Source: Chiloscyllium plagiosum (Eukaryota). Taken from it: 64,000 bases of DNA. Position 1 is the stretch's first letter, and every line of letters begins with the position of its first letter. The stretch covers positions 55,613,285-55,677,284 of the forward strand of contig NC_057718.1 of NCBI RefSeq assembly GCF_004010195.1, read 5' to 3'. The notes below the pieces were generated by a model. That model was not told the origin of the DNA, searched no databases, and saw nothing but the letters and a program-made list of their open reading frames with translations. Both the position numbers and the translations under genes were made by a program. Below, one piece after another: positions 1 to 13,289 of the stretch.

Positions 1-365
1 TTGTCTTGTACACACTTAACAAATTTCTCTCCATCTAAACCCTTAACACTATGGCAGTGCCAGTCTATGTTTGGAAAGTTAAAATCCCTTACCATAACCA
101 CCCTATTTTTCTTACAGATAGCTCAGATCCTGGATGTATTTCCTGGAATATCCTCCCTCACCACAGCTGTAATGCTATCCCTTATCAAAAATGCCACACC
201 GCCCTCCTCTCTTGCCTCCCTTTCTCTCCTTCCTGTAGCATTTGTATCCTGGAACTTTAAGCTGCCAGTCCTGCCCATCCCTAAGCCATGTTTCTGTAAT
301 TGTTATGATATCCCAGCCCCATGTTCCTAACCATGCCCTGAGTTCATCTGCCTTCCGTGTTAGGC
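1..365 (-). mobile_element. CR1 LINE ORF2 apurinic-endonuclease fragment with internal deletion
   Basis: Minus strand reads DIITITETWL...PGYKCYRKERKGGKRGG and RVVMVRDFNFPNIDW (GDFN-type motif). Confidence 0.8.
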
Positions 366-366
366 C

Positions 367-2030
367 CCTTTTTCCGTTTCCCTAGCCCCCAATACCCTAT
401 CTTCAGCATGGACATCCAATCCCTGTACACATCCATCTGCCATGGTAAAGGCCTCCAAACCCTCCGTTTCTTCCTCTCCTGCCAACCCAACCAGTACCCC
501 TCCGCAGACACCCATTCGATTGGTAGAACTGGTCCTCACCCTCATCAGCTTCTCATTCGACTCCTCCCACTTCCTTCAGATCAAAGGGGTAGCTCTAGGC
601 CCTAGTTATGACAGCCTCTTCATCGGATACATGGAACAATCCATCTTCCGCAGTTACACTGGCACCCTTCCCCACCTTTTCCTCCGCTACATTGATGACT
701 GTTTCAGTGCCAGCCCGTGTTCCCATGAGGAGGTCGAACAGTTCATCGGCAATACATTCCACCCTGTCCTCAGGTTCACCTGGACAATCTCAGACACCTC
801 CCTCCCCTTCCTGGACCTCTCCATCTCCATCTCCAGCCACCTACTCAACACGGACCTCTACTTCAAATCCACCGACCCCACAACTACCTGAATTACACCT
901 CCAACTACCCCATCCTATAAAAACGTGATCCCTTACTCCCAATTCCTCTGCCTCTGTCGTATCTGCTCCTAGGAGGAGCAATTGCAATCCAGCACATCCC
1001 AGATGGCCTCCTATTTTAAGGGCTACAATTTCACCTCCCACGTGGTCAGCAAGCCCTCCAGCGCATCTCTCCTATTTCCTGCACCTCTGCCCTTGAACCT
1101 AACCCGTCCATCCACAACAAGGGTAGAAACCCCTTGATCCTCACCTTCCACCTCACCAATCTCCGGATACTGTGCATCATTCTCCATCATTTCTGCCACT
1201 TACAATCAGACTCCACCACCAGAGATATATTTCCCACCCCATCCCTATCAGCATTCCGCAGAGACCATTCCTTCCACGACTTCCTCGATAAATCACCTCC
1301 AACCATCCCACTTTCCACCCCCAGCACCTTCCCTTGACACGCAAGAGGTGTAAAACCTGCAGCTACCCCTCCACCAATATCCAAGGCCCGAAAGGATCTT
1401 TTCACGTTTGGCAGAGATTTTCCTACACATCCACCCATGTCATCTACTGTGTCCGTTGCTCTTGATGTGGTATCCTCTACATCAGGGAGACAGAACGACA
1501 ACTCGCAGATCATTTCAGGGAACACCTCTGAGACACACACCAATAGCCCCACTGCCATGTGGCTGACCATGTCAACTCCCATTCCAAGGGCATGCAAGTC
1601 CTGGGCCTCCAAGTCCTGCTCCACGAAATCCAAGCCACCTGGAGGAAGAATGCCTCATCTTCGGCCTTCGGACCCTTCAACCATACAGCATCAACGTTGA
1701 TTTCAACAGTTTCCTCATCTCCCCTCCCCCCACCTCATCCCAGAACCAACCCTCCAACTTGGCACCGCCCTCTTGAACTGTCCTGCTTGCCCATCTTCTT
1801 TTCCACCTATCTGCTCCACCCTCCCCTCCCAGCTATCACCATAATCCCCCACCTCCATCTACCTATTACCTTCCCCGCTACCTTACCCACACCCCTTCAA
1901 CATTCCTGATGAAAGGCTTATGCCTGAAACATTGATTCTCCTGCTCCTCGGATGTTGCCTGACCTGTAGTGCTGTTCCAGCGGCACACTTTTTGACTGAT
2001 CTCCAGCATCTGCAGTCCACACTTTCTCCT
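367..2030 (+). mobile_element. Penelope-like element (family A), 5'-truncated and frameshifted: RT, GIY-YIG, pLTR with hammerhead core
   Basis: MDIQSLYTSI, LRYIDD and LPFLD RT motifs; decayed VIYC..C..C..LYI GIY-YIG region near 1440-1500; conserved terminus CTGATGA...GAAAC...CCAGCATCTGCAGTCCACACTTTCTCC. Confidence 0.85.
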
Positions 2031-4569
2031 TTGATCTCTAGCAATCAAGTACCCAGATTTTGAAATGGATCACATGACCCCATCTCTATTTTCCCTAAAT
2101 TTAAAAGTACTGTCCCAAAATATAGTAATCTTATGAACCTCATAATAATCTGGACTAGCAAGATTGGACCAATAATGTTGATTATGTCTGGCTTGCATTT
2201 TGCAAAACAGAAATTTTGAATTTTACTGCATCTTTTGTAATATTTAAATTGAAATGTTTTGCAATGTGATTTTTGGAATTGTATGAATGAAATGTATTTC
2301 TGAGCAAATAAAAATGTATCTCCTGATCTCCAGCAATGTTGTTGCCCGAAATGCCTAACAAGCAACGCATTTGTACTCCAGAAAATGGCTGACTGCTAAC
2401 TTTTCAAAGGCCTTTTGGAATGGGCTTTGCCAGTGATGCACATCCTGTGAATAGACTATTTTAATCAGACAGCCTTTATCTTGGTTTATTTGTTGATTAT
2501 TAGAAAATAAGCCAAAGATTACCTACAGAGAAGATATTGGTGTTGATATTTAATTTAAAAACTGCTCTCTTCTAAACGATTTATAAACGTTTAAAGATTT
2601 TCATTTATATAAAAATGTGATGATGAACATCTGAGCATTTTGAGCTAATTTTTCTACTTTGTCATTTATGTTTTGAAAAACCTGTGAAAGTTAGCAAATT
2701 CACTAACATAACACTAAATTTTTCAGTTTTCCTGCAGTTCAGAAATTGGTATGTCATCGTCCATTCAATTTAAAATAAGTTTTGATGGATTGTTTCAAAG
2801 CAAAAACAAAAGATAGAAACAGGTTACTGATGGAGAAACATGTAGTAAGACATTTATCAGAATGTATTAGCAGCTAATTTATCGGAAATGGAGCCTGGCT
2901 GGTGCCAAACATAAAGGAGAATTTAGAGTGCTATGGCAGTTTGCATTCCGTTTTCCTAGCTTCAAGAGCATGCTACTCATGGAAATGCTGACAGACTACA
3001 ATCATCTTAGTCTTACTGGAACTCTGTTTGCCCTGACTACAGAACTTCCTCTGTTTCTGAACACGACTGCTTTCAGTGTTCATAAAATCCTAGAAACATT
3101 ATCTCCGTATCTGGCACAGTCTGCCCAATCCACTAACCTGTCTATGCTTGATTAAAATATTTCTCAGTCTTCCTTATTTTGCTAAACCCTCTACTTTTGT
3201 GTCATTAGAAAATCATCTGTGGGTCCAGATCAGCTACATACAGTAAGATTATGCAAAGTCAGGAAGAAAGGATCAAGGGTGAAGGTGAAAGTGACAAGAG
3301 AGGAGGTGATAAGTAATAAGTGAGTAGTAGAAAAGGAGTAGAGGAGATTGAGGATAGACTGAACAGACGAGAGAAGGCAGGGTGTAAAACAGTGAAAGGA
3401 AGTAAACAAAAAAGAGAGAAGCAAGAGCAAGAGGTGCTCAGGAAAGAGATGTCATACAATGGACTGCATCAATGCCTGAGAAGTTCTCTGTGCAAGTGGT
3501 GAAGTGATACCAACAACTAGAAAAATCACCAATACTGGTAATTTGGAGAGTTAAGGAAATTCAAATCTGTGCCAGTTGAGGGGAGGGCTGAGGATGCTGT
3601 AGAGGTGGTGCTGGAGTTAAACCATTGAATAACCAATTCTGAGTGGACAATATGTGGCAATGTGGAAAAGGGTTGTTTATTGGGAATCACAGTTGGGAAA
3701 AAATAAAAAGAAAATGGAGTAGGAGTTGCTTCTGAGGTGGAGCTGCAAGCAGTATGTAATTTGTGAAAAAGGGAGCAACCATTTGTAGGTGGGTTGGAGA
3801 TGCAACCAACAGTGAATGAATAAGAATTTTTACGTTAAGACAGAAGAGGATGTGCAATGAGTCCAACCAAGACATACTGCTCACGAGAATGGTATGTTCA
3901 TTTCATCTGCTCTACTGAGGAGAGGATTTGATCTGGGAAGGTGTAAATAATAGACAGATTCTTATAGGCTCTAAAATGCATTGTGAAATGGGCTCATTTC
4001 CAGGTAATAACCTGCACTTGTGAGCAGGAAGTGGGGACTGCAGATGCTGGACGTTAGAGAGGGCTTATGCCAGAAACATCAATTCTCCTGTTCCTCGTAT
4101 GCTTCCTGACGTGCTGTGCTTTCCCAGCACCACATCTTTTGACTCTCCACCTGTTAGCAATATACCGGTAGCCTCTTAATTGGTCATCTGTTTGTTTGCC
4201 ATCCAACTGTGGACCACAGGCAAAGTCCGGATGCTGAAGATCCAATCAGGACTTCCGCTCAGCCTTGAAAGGAGTGCTGAATGCTGCTGCTGTAGGTGAG
4301 GGACTTGAGAGTATCCCTATCTTGGGAACCCTTTGAAAAGATATTTGCTTTTTACATTTAAAGTATTCCTACTGCTGATTGATCACCCCTAATCATTGTG
4401 GCTCTGTTCATGGTAAGGAGACAGTAGTTTTTATGGAGAGAATTTGTACATGAGGGACCCTCTGATAATTTGCTGATAAACCAACTCCAAACATCTGCCA
4501 TCAGGTTGTCTGCATGCTGTTAGAAGGATTCTCCAATCTGTCCACAGTTGGGTGCTTAATTATTCAACT

Positions 4570-7190
4570 AGGAGAAACTGAGGGCTGCAGATGCTGGAGT
4601 ATCAGAGTCGAGAGTGTAGTGCTGGAAAAACAGCAGGTCAGGCAGCATCCGAGGAGCAGGAGAATTGACATTTCGGGCATAAGCCCTTCATCAGGAATGA
4701 AGCTTGTGAACCAAAGGGGTAGAGAGATAAATGGGAAGAGGGGTAGGGCTGGGGGGAAAGGAAGCTGAGAGTGCGATAGGTAGATGAAGGCGGGGAGAAT
4801 AGTGATAGGTCGGAGAGGGTGGAATGGATAGGTGGGAAGGAGGATGTATTGGTAGGTCAGGCCAATAGGGCAGTGGCGTGTTGGAAGGTTGAATCTGGGA
4901 TAAGATGGGGGGAGGAGGGGAAATGAAGAAACTGGTGAAATCCATATTGATCGCGTGTGTTTGGAGGGTCCCAAGGCAGAAGATGGGGCTTTCTTCCTCC
5001 AGCCGTCTGGTGGTTAGGGTTTGGTGATGGAGGAGGCCCAGCACCTGCCTGTCCTTGGCAGAGTGTTTGGCTACGAGACGGTGGGGTTGCTTCGTGCATG
5101 TGTACCGGAGATGTTCTCTGAAGCGTTCTGCAAGTAGGTGTCCTGTCTCCCAAATGTAGAGGAGACCGCATCAGGAGCAATGGATATAGTAAATGATATG
5201 TGGAAGCGCAGGGAAATCTCTGATGGATGTGGGTCCTTTGGGTCCTTGGACAGAAGTAAGGTGGGAGGCATGGGCAGAGAGAGTCATGGAATAAATGGTC
5301 TTTATGGAATGCATAAAGGAGTGGGGAGGGAAGTATATCTCTGGTGGTGGGGTCCATTTGTAGGTGGCGGAAATGGCAGAGGATGACGTGATGGGGTTGA
5401 AGATGAGGACCAGGGGGGTTCTGTCCTTGTTGCGGTTGGAAGAATGGGGTTCGAGGCGGTGGTGAGGGAAGTCGATGAGGTGCACTGCAGGGCATCATCG
5501 ATCATGTAGGAGGGGAAATTGCAGTCTTTGAAGAAGGTGGCCATCTGGTGTGTTCTGTAGTGGAATTGCCCTCCTGGGAGTAGAAGAGGCAGAGTCGGAG
5601 GAATTGCAAATAAGGGATAGCAGGAGGCAGGGTGGGAGGAGGTGTAGTCCAGGTAGCTGTGGGAGTCGGTTTGTAGAAGATGTCCATGTTCAGTCGGTCA
5701 CTGTTGATGGAGAGATCCAGGAAGGGAAGGGAGGTGTCCGAGATGGTCCAGGTGAACTTAAGGTTTGGGTTGAATGAAGTGGTGAAATTAATGAACTGTT
5801 CAACCTCTTTGATTAGATTAGGTTGGATTCCCTACAGTGTGGGACCAGACCATTTGCCCCAACAAGTCCACACTGACCCTCTGAAGAGTAACCCACTCAG
5901 ACCCATTTCCCTCTGACTGATTCACCAAACACTATGGGAAATTTAGCATGGTCAATTCACCTGATCTGCACATCTTTGGACTGTGGGAGGAAATCGGAGT
6001 GGAAGCACGAGGTGGCGCCGCGACAGTCATCAATGCAGCGGAGGAAAAGGTGGGGAATGGTGCTGGTGTAGACTGTCCCATGTACCTGATGAAGAGACAG
6101 GCATAGCTGAGGCCCATGCGGGTGCCCATGGTTACTCTTTGGTCTGGAGGAAGTGGGAGGATTCGAAGGAGAAATTATTGAGCATGAGGACCAGTTCAGC
6201 CAAAAGAATGAGGTTGTCAGTGGAAGGGTACTGGTAGGGATGCCGGGAGAGGATGAAACGGAGGCCTTAGAGGCCTTCATCATGGCAGATAGAGGTGTAT
6301 ACGGACTGGATGTCCATGGTGAAGATGAGGCATTGGGAGCCAGGGAAATGAAAGCCATGGAGGAGGTGGAAGGCATGGGTGGTGTCCTGAACATAAGTGG
6401 GGAGATCCTGGGCCAGGCAGATAGGACAATATCAAGGTATGTGAGGCAGGAGCCACCCGGGATGATAGGTCGGCCAGGGCAATAAGGTTTGTGAATTTTA
6501 GATAAGAGGTGGGGCCAGGTGGTGCGGGTTCCTGGACAATGAGGTTGGAAGCTGTGGGTGGGAGATCCGCCGAGGTGATTAGGTTGTGTATGGTTGAGGA
6601 GATGATGGTTTGGTGATGGGAGGTGAGGTCATCATCAACAGGACGCCTACTTGCAGAGTGCTTTGGAGAAAATCTCTGGGGCACATGCATGAAGCAACCC
6701 CACCGTCCCGTAGCTAAACACTTTAACTCCCCCTCCAACTCCACCAAGGACATGCAGGTGCTGGGTCTCCTCCATCACCAAACCCTAATCACCCAATGCC
6801 TGGAGGAAGAAAGCCCCATCTTCAGCCTTGGGACCCTCCAAACACACATGATCAATATGGATTTCACCAGTTTCTTCATTTCCCCTCCTCCCACCTTATC
6901 CCAGATCCAACCTTCCAACACACCACCGCCCTCATGACCTGTCCTACCAGTCCATCTTCCTTCCCACCCTCCTCTCTGACCTATTAACTTCATCCCCACC
7001 TCCATCCACTATTGTACTCTTGGCTACTTTCTCCCCAGCCACAACCCCCTCCCATTTATCCCTCCAGCCCGGAGGCTCCCTGCACTATTCTTGATGAAGG
7101 GCTTTTGCCCGAAATGTAGATTTTTGTTTTTGCTCCTTGGATGCTTCCTGACCTTCTATGCTTTTCCAGCACCACTCTAATCTAGACTCT
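4570..7190 (-). mobile_element. Penelope-like element (family A) with inverted pLTR: minus-strand body 4570-~6630 and plus-strand inverted 3' arm ~6636-7190; interrupted by a SINE
   Basis: MGTRMGLSYACLF and LFLRCIDD RT motifs on the minus strand. 6636-7190 is reverse-complementary to ~4600-5150. Confidence 0.85.
5811..5992 (-). mobile_element. HE1-type SINE 3' fragment nested in the PLE
   Basis: (TTAGA)n tail plus CCCAACAAGTCCACAC and TTCACCTGATCTGCACATCTTTGGACTGTGGGAGGAAA, shared with full copies. Confidence 0.8.
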
Positions 7191-7319
7191 GCTAAGGTTA
7201 AGCCTATATTTGTAGCTTGAGGTTTTGAAGAATGCTTGGGGGCAAGAGAGATTAGGGTAGATTCTCCTACAGTTGGAAAGGTAAGTTTGAAAATCTTTTT
7301 GGCCAACATTCTGAGCTAT

Positions 7320-7476
7320 CTCCCCCCCCCAGCCCTATTCCCCTCTGATGTATCTCTCTACCCCCTTGGCTCACAAGCTTCATTCCTGTTGAAGGGCTTG
7401 TGCCTCAAGCGTCAATTCTCTGCTCTTCGGATGCTGCTTGACTTGCAGTGTTTTTGCAGTAACACACTCTCGACTC
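7320..7476 (+). mobile_element. Degenerate PLE family A terminal fragment
   Basis: CATTCCTGTTGAAGGGCTTGTGCC...GGATGCTGC...ACACACTCTCGACTC. Confidence 0.65.
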
Positions 7477-8374
7477 GGCCTAATTAATTCAAATTGACAA
7501 CCTTCCACTGTTGGACAGATAAACACTGCATTTGATCACTTCCATAAGATTGTTGGAGGTGGGAATATATTGGACCACTGACTCGAGACTTTCATATTAA
7601 AGTTTTCACTATGCCTTCAGTCCTGTGTCCATGAGCTAGGACAGTTCTATCAATGTATGCTAAATTTTCTTTGCTCATTTCAATCAACTGCTGGCAATTT
7701 CACTTTTCCTTTGCAGAATTTTGGCATGTGACCTGATTGTTTCCTTGGACCTGATTTTTTTTATTGTTGCCCTTTATGAGCTACTTAAAATGCAGTTTTT
7801 TTTTCATATGAACTGCTTAATTTTTTCCCTTCTGGATTTTTCTCCAGATATAATATGATTCTCCTGAGCTTTCTTTAATTTGTTTTTAAAGCTATCCATC
7901 CTAAATTTCTTTATGTTCTTTGTTGATAATGGTGCATTTTAAGTCTTGTATTTTTGCTATTCCACTTTATATCAGACTGCTCACCATTTGTAATTATTTT
8001 TCACATTCTTGTTTCTACTCCAGTGTAAGATCATCTAACATAGTTGCAGTTTACTGTAAATGCAATTTACAATTTGAAAGATCTGACTTACAACTATAAG
8101 TTATTCAAAATGATTTTAACTGGTTCATCTCTAAGTGTGTTTTTGTGAAGCATTATGTATAATGTTTAAAGTCTGTAGGCTAAGTTCACTGGTCCAAAAT
8201 TGGAGTTTAGGGCAGATTTGGTGCTTTTGTTTTAGTCCTACCTAGCTCCAGTCTGTGTGCTCTGAGAGCATTGGAGGAATTTACCTTTGTGTTAAATGTA
8301 GTAAAGTGAAATTCCAGTTTTAAATACTCAGAATGCAAAATATCTATTCAGTATAATTTATTTTACCTTGGTAG

Positions 8375-8542
<168 letters not shown>

Positions 8543-8693
8543 TGACTTTTTGCTTTAAAATATGACTTAAATAAATTTTGAGCACTCCAGAACATCACAA
8601 GAAGTTACTGTTTTTAATCTATAACAGTTTTTCTTTATATTAACTTACATAATAGTGGTGCCAGAGGTTCCTGTATCGATTATTTTGCTTTAA

Positions 8694-8969
<276 letters not shown>

Positions 8970-9761
8970 TAATTTATTTTTGTGTTATTATTAGAAGAGA
9001 GAGTACTATTTTCAACATAACTATTTTCCAGTGGTTTTTTAATAAAGCCAAAATGTCATCATTGTACTACTTAAACAAATTCGTATAGAAAAATAATGAT
9101 ATGAATATTAGGCATGCAATATTTCTTGGGTTACAAAACTTTATTTTTTATGTATACTCACTGTTTGGTGCAAATTTTCTCAAAAATGTCTAAAATATTA
9201 ATCTCAATGTTTGGGTTTTGGTAGCCCAATTTATATTAATACAAGGGCATAGTTATTAAAAGTAAACAAGCTCTGGGTGCATTGGTCTTGGGGTTCTCCA
9301 TTCTCAATTTTGGACATGAAATTACTGCAGTCTCATTGCATGCCTGAATTTGGAGACCTAAGGCTAGGCTAGAATTGGGCTAGAATTAATATTGATTCAA
9401 AAGATAATAATTTTATCAAGAGAGCTGTGAAGGCAGCAGCCTGAAGGTAATTCATGAGGAGGTATTATGAAGCAGCAAAGCAGGGGATATGAAATGGAAT
9501 GCTCAGATGTGTAAGGGACCTAAGATGTGTTTTGGGTAGCCACTAGGGACATCTGAAAGATTGTCTAAACCAATCCCAGGTTGAGCATTGTTCAGGCACC
9601 CTTTGAGCAGAAGTCATCGGTTCATGTTGTACAATGTGGTACAACCTTGAAAAGACTGATTACTTGAGGAAAGTCAACCTATCAATTATTTGCCAATGGG
9701 TGACACATTAAGAATCCTTTTTTTATTAGAAAAGTCTTTACTGTATCAAATAAAATAAAGT

Positions 9762-9945
9762 TTCCATAGTTCTATAGGACAATTGGGCTGCCCTGTCATT
9801 AGAGAGAGTTAACTGATTCTTTAACCTGTGGGTCACCATGCCTCACACAAGGGGGTGATTGAGAAGGAGAGTCCTGGTAATCTCAGGAATTGAACCCATG
9901 CTGTTGGGCATCATTACATCGCAAACCAGATGTCCAGATAACTGA
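9762..9945 (-). mobile_element. tRNA-derived SINE, second family (related copy at 29343-29527)
   Basis: B-box-like GGGTTCAATTCC on the minus strand; the two copies share TCATTAGAGAGAG...TTTAACCT..GGGTCACCA. Confidence 0.55.
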
Positions 9946-11626
9946 CTTCCAAATGACTAAATACACTGTTGATTAGCTATTATTTTCTTATTAAGTGCCA
10001 TTTACATTACAACTATAGAAATAAATAATCCCTTGTAGCTCAACACTATCCTTGAAAATCTAAGGCTTAAAGCAAAAAAATCACTGTGCTCCAAGCTTAA
10101 AGTGGGCTGTTTCTTTGGTGATCTCTAATACTAGAACTGTTTCTCACTCTAAAGGTTAGACTTCAGCTGTCTTCTTCTATCTCTAAACTAAACTAAAACT
10201 TTGAGGCTCTTTTAATTCTAATGAATTTGCTCTGTAAATTGAGTGCAAGCTCTCCTCTACAATTCGCATGTTGAACAATAGTGTCAGCATTTTGTCTGCT
10301 TAGGGTATCAGTCTGGTTACTTTTAACTGCTTCTTGTTTTCTATCTCTTAGTTGACTGCAAGCAAAAACAAAATTGCAGTCCCTGTCTACCTGGGTTTGT
10401 AGGGAAGCCTGTAACTTGATCTCAAAAATTCTTCTCAAGCCACTTCCCAGCAATGGAAAATGCTTGAGTTTTGTGTCTAAGTAGAAATGCTTCTCAGTTA
10501 TCGATGATCACAATTGCTTCTCATATTAGAAGTAAAGAGGAAGTTTTTTTTCAATAATAGCTATTTACAACTTAATATTGATACTATTGATATGATGAAG
10601 ATGGGAAGCGTGCACTGTCACCCTCTAGTCCTACTATTCCATGGGTCACAACATAGTTTTACCTAGTTCCCAATATGGCCATGCTATACTCTTTATATTA
10701 AAATCAGAATAAAAGATCCATTGATCAGGTTTTTAAATAAATAAAAATTTATTATTTATTATAACTAAAGATTATTAAACATAAATGCAAAACTGGTTAA
10801 GAAACATAATTTGTAATATGAAAATGTAAGTATTATTCCTCTAAAAAAACCCAAAACATACACATCAAGTAAAGGACAAGAAAATTGATTTTTCTCTGCA
10901 GAGATTCACTTTTGGGGAAAAGAAAATTTTATTTCTTGAAGGAAGGTAGCAGAAATCATAGAATCTTCAGATGGCCATCAATCTGGCATTCTGGGGCACA
11001 TGCAGTTTTCTCTGGGGTCTTGGCAGATGTAGTTTACTCAGAAAAAATGTGTCGTGAAGTCTTCCCAACACCCTGAAGGATGATAATCTGGTTTTGGATA
11101 TTTTCCTAATCAAACTGTTATTAACACCTCTGGAGCAGGTAGGACTTGAACCCAGGCCTCCTGGCTCAGCATCAGGACACTACCACCACACCACATGAGC
11201 CTCAACAATCCGGTTTCACACTGGGCTCACAAAACAATGTTTCGGAAAGGCATGGAGATGAGCTGGGCAGCATTTCTTTCAGGGAGCTTTTCCTCAAACA
11301 ATGTCTAACCATAGCAATAAAATAGTAATTTCAAAGAAGTGAATTCAAGTGATTAACTGAATTCATGTGACTACAAAAAAATGCCTTGTTACATGAAATT
11401 CCAAACTCCAAAATGACCTTTCGAGGATCCCTTTTTTTTTTGAAAGAACAGTTCTCCACAGAACTCCATCTTTTTTTATACAAATCTTTAAAAAATGATT
11501 TCTCAAAAAATATTAAATATGACACTACATTTCTGGTACTTAAGGGGACCTCTAAGTGTAAATATCTTGTAGTTTCCTCAAAAAAAGAATCTGTCTTCTT
11601 TTGGTCTCTTACAATTAAACTACAGT

Positions 11627-11940
11627 GGGCGGCACGGTGGCACAGTGGTTAGCACTGCTACCTCAGCGCCAGAGACCCGGGTTTAATTCCCGCCTCAGGC
11701 GACTGACTGTGTGGAGTTTGCACGTTCTCCCCTTGTCTGCGTGGGTTTCCTCCGGGTGCTCCGGTTTCCTCCCACCATCCAAAGATGGCAGGGTCAGGTG
11801 AATTGGCCATACTAAATTGCCTGTAGTGTTAGGTAAGGGGTAAATGTAGGGGTATGGGTGGGTTTCACTTCGGCGGGTCGGTGTGGACTTGTTGGGCCAA
11901 AGGGCCTGTTTCCACACTGTAATCTAATCTAATCTAATCT
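11627..11940 (+). mobile_element. Full-length HE1-type (V-SINE) SINE
   Basis: tRNA-like head with A and B boxes, central GTGGGTTTCCTCCGGGTGCTCCGGTTTCCTCCCA domain, CR1-like 3' end, (AATCT)n tail; CTACAGT target duplication. Confidence 0.9.
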
Positions 11941-11941
11941 A

Positions 11942-12139
11942 CAGTCAGTTCTGCTATAATGCCCTACTTCTGTTCTTGTAAAATCTGTGTTAAAAGAAAA
12001 TCATGTTATAGTAGTACTGTTTAAACTATTGAGGCCGGAATCGCGTTAAACCTTCGTGCTTTAGAAACTGTCTTCAATTTGTCAGGCGTGTTATAGCGAT
12101 TTTGAATTACTGAAACACGCATTATAGCAGAACGACCTG
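11942..12139. mobile_element. Tc1/mariner-pogo (Tigger-like) MITE
   Basis: Terminal inverted repeats CAGTCAGTTCTGCTATAATGC and GCATTATAGCAGAACGACCTG, with TA on both sides. Confidence 0.75.
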
Positions 12140-12661
12140 TAGCTGGACTGATTGCCATGCAGGCTCCAGCATATGTCATATCGCTTCTTTCTTTTATGCT
12201 AAATTTAAACGTGCTGTTCTAAATTACAACATTCTTATAAATCAAAAGATATAGTCCCAAAGCATACTAATCTTATAAAACTTCAAAATTGTAACAAATG
12301 AATGGAAAAAGGAAGAATTTCTATGGCAGTACACTAAGTCCTCATTATTCACAAGGGCTGGAGGTACAGACATCCCATGAATAGTGTAAAAAAAAATGCA
12401 GATTCCACTAAGGCCTTCTTCTATATATCCAATACCCCCACGAGTAAACATCAATGGTCCTAGAATGTTATAAAAGCAAACCACAGTAGGAAGACTGCAG
12501 CAGTTCAAGAGGATAATTCACTATCACCTTCTTGAGCAACTAGGGATGGGCAATAAATCCTGGCTAGCCAGGGATACTCATGTCCCACATGTGAATAAAA
12601 AACAGAGGAAAAGTGAGCCCAAAGTGATCATAGCCCCCATAGAGAATGAAGCTGAGGAAAT

Positions 12662-13285
12662 AATAGAAACATGGAAAACAAGTGCAGGAGTAGGCTATTT
12701 GGCCCTTCGAGCCTGTGCCACCATTCAATATGACCATGACTGATAATGCAACTTCAGTATCCCACTCCTGCTTTCTATCCATAACCTTGATCCCTTTAGT
12801 CACAAGGGCCATGTTCAGCTCCCTCTTGAATATATCTGACGAACTGGCCCCAACAGCTTTCTGTGGTAAACAATCCCATAGATTCACAACTCTGAGTGAA
12901 AAAATTCTTCCTCATCTCAGACCTGAATGGCTAAGACTGTGATCCCTAGTGCTGGACTTCCCCAACATCAGGAGCATTCTTTCCACATCTAGCCTGTCCA
13001 GTACCATCAGGATTTTACATGATTGTATGAGATCCCCCCTCCCCCCATTCTTCTGAATTCCAGTGAGTACAAACCCAGCCAATCTAGTCTATTTTCATAT
13101 GTCAGTCCTGCCATCCTAGGAATCAGTCTGACGAATTTTTGCTGGACTCCCTCAATAGCAGGAACGTCCTTCCTCAGTTTAGGAAACCAAAATTGCACGC
13201 TATACTCAAGGTGTGACCTCACCAAGGCATTATATAACTGCAGCAAGACATCCTTACTCCTATCCTCAAATCTAGTCCTGTACTC
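12662..13285 (-). mobile_element. CR1 LINE 3' end
   Basis: LYNALVRSHLEYSVQFW, LGLYSLEFRR and NLWDCLPQKAV are typical of the CR1 ORF2 C-terminus. Confidence 0.85.
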
Positions 13286-13289
13286 AAAT

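Noticed and set aside
2045..8374. Preceding EML6 exon
   Set aside because: No splice-bounded WD40-like segment found; it probably lies upstream of the window.
11627..11700. tRNA gene (A and B boxes), also at other SINE heads
   Set aside because: Continues straight into the HE1 central domain and tail, so it is a SINE head.
11663..11917. Recurrent peptide (DCGRKPEHPEETHAD...) also at 36464 and 50370, suggesting a small gene family
   Set aside because: Antisense translation of the HE1 SINE.
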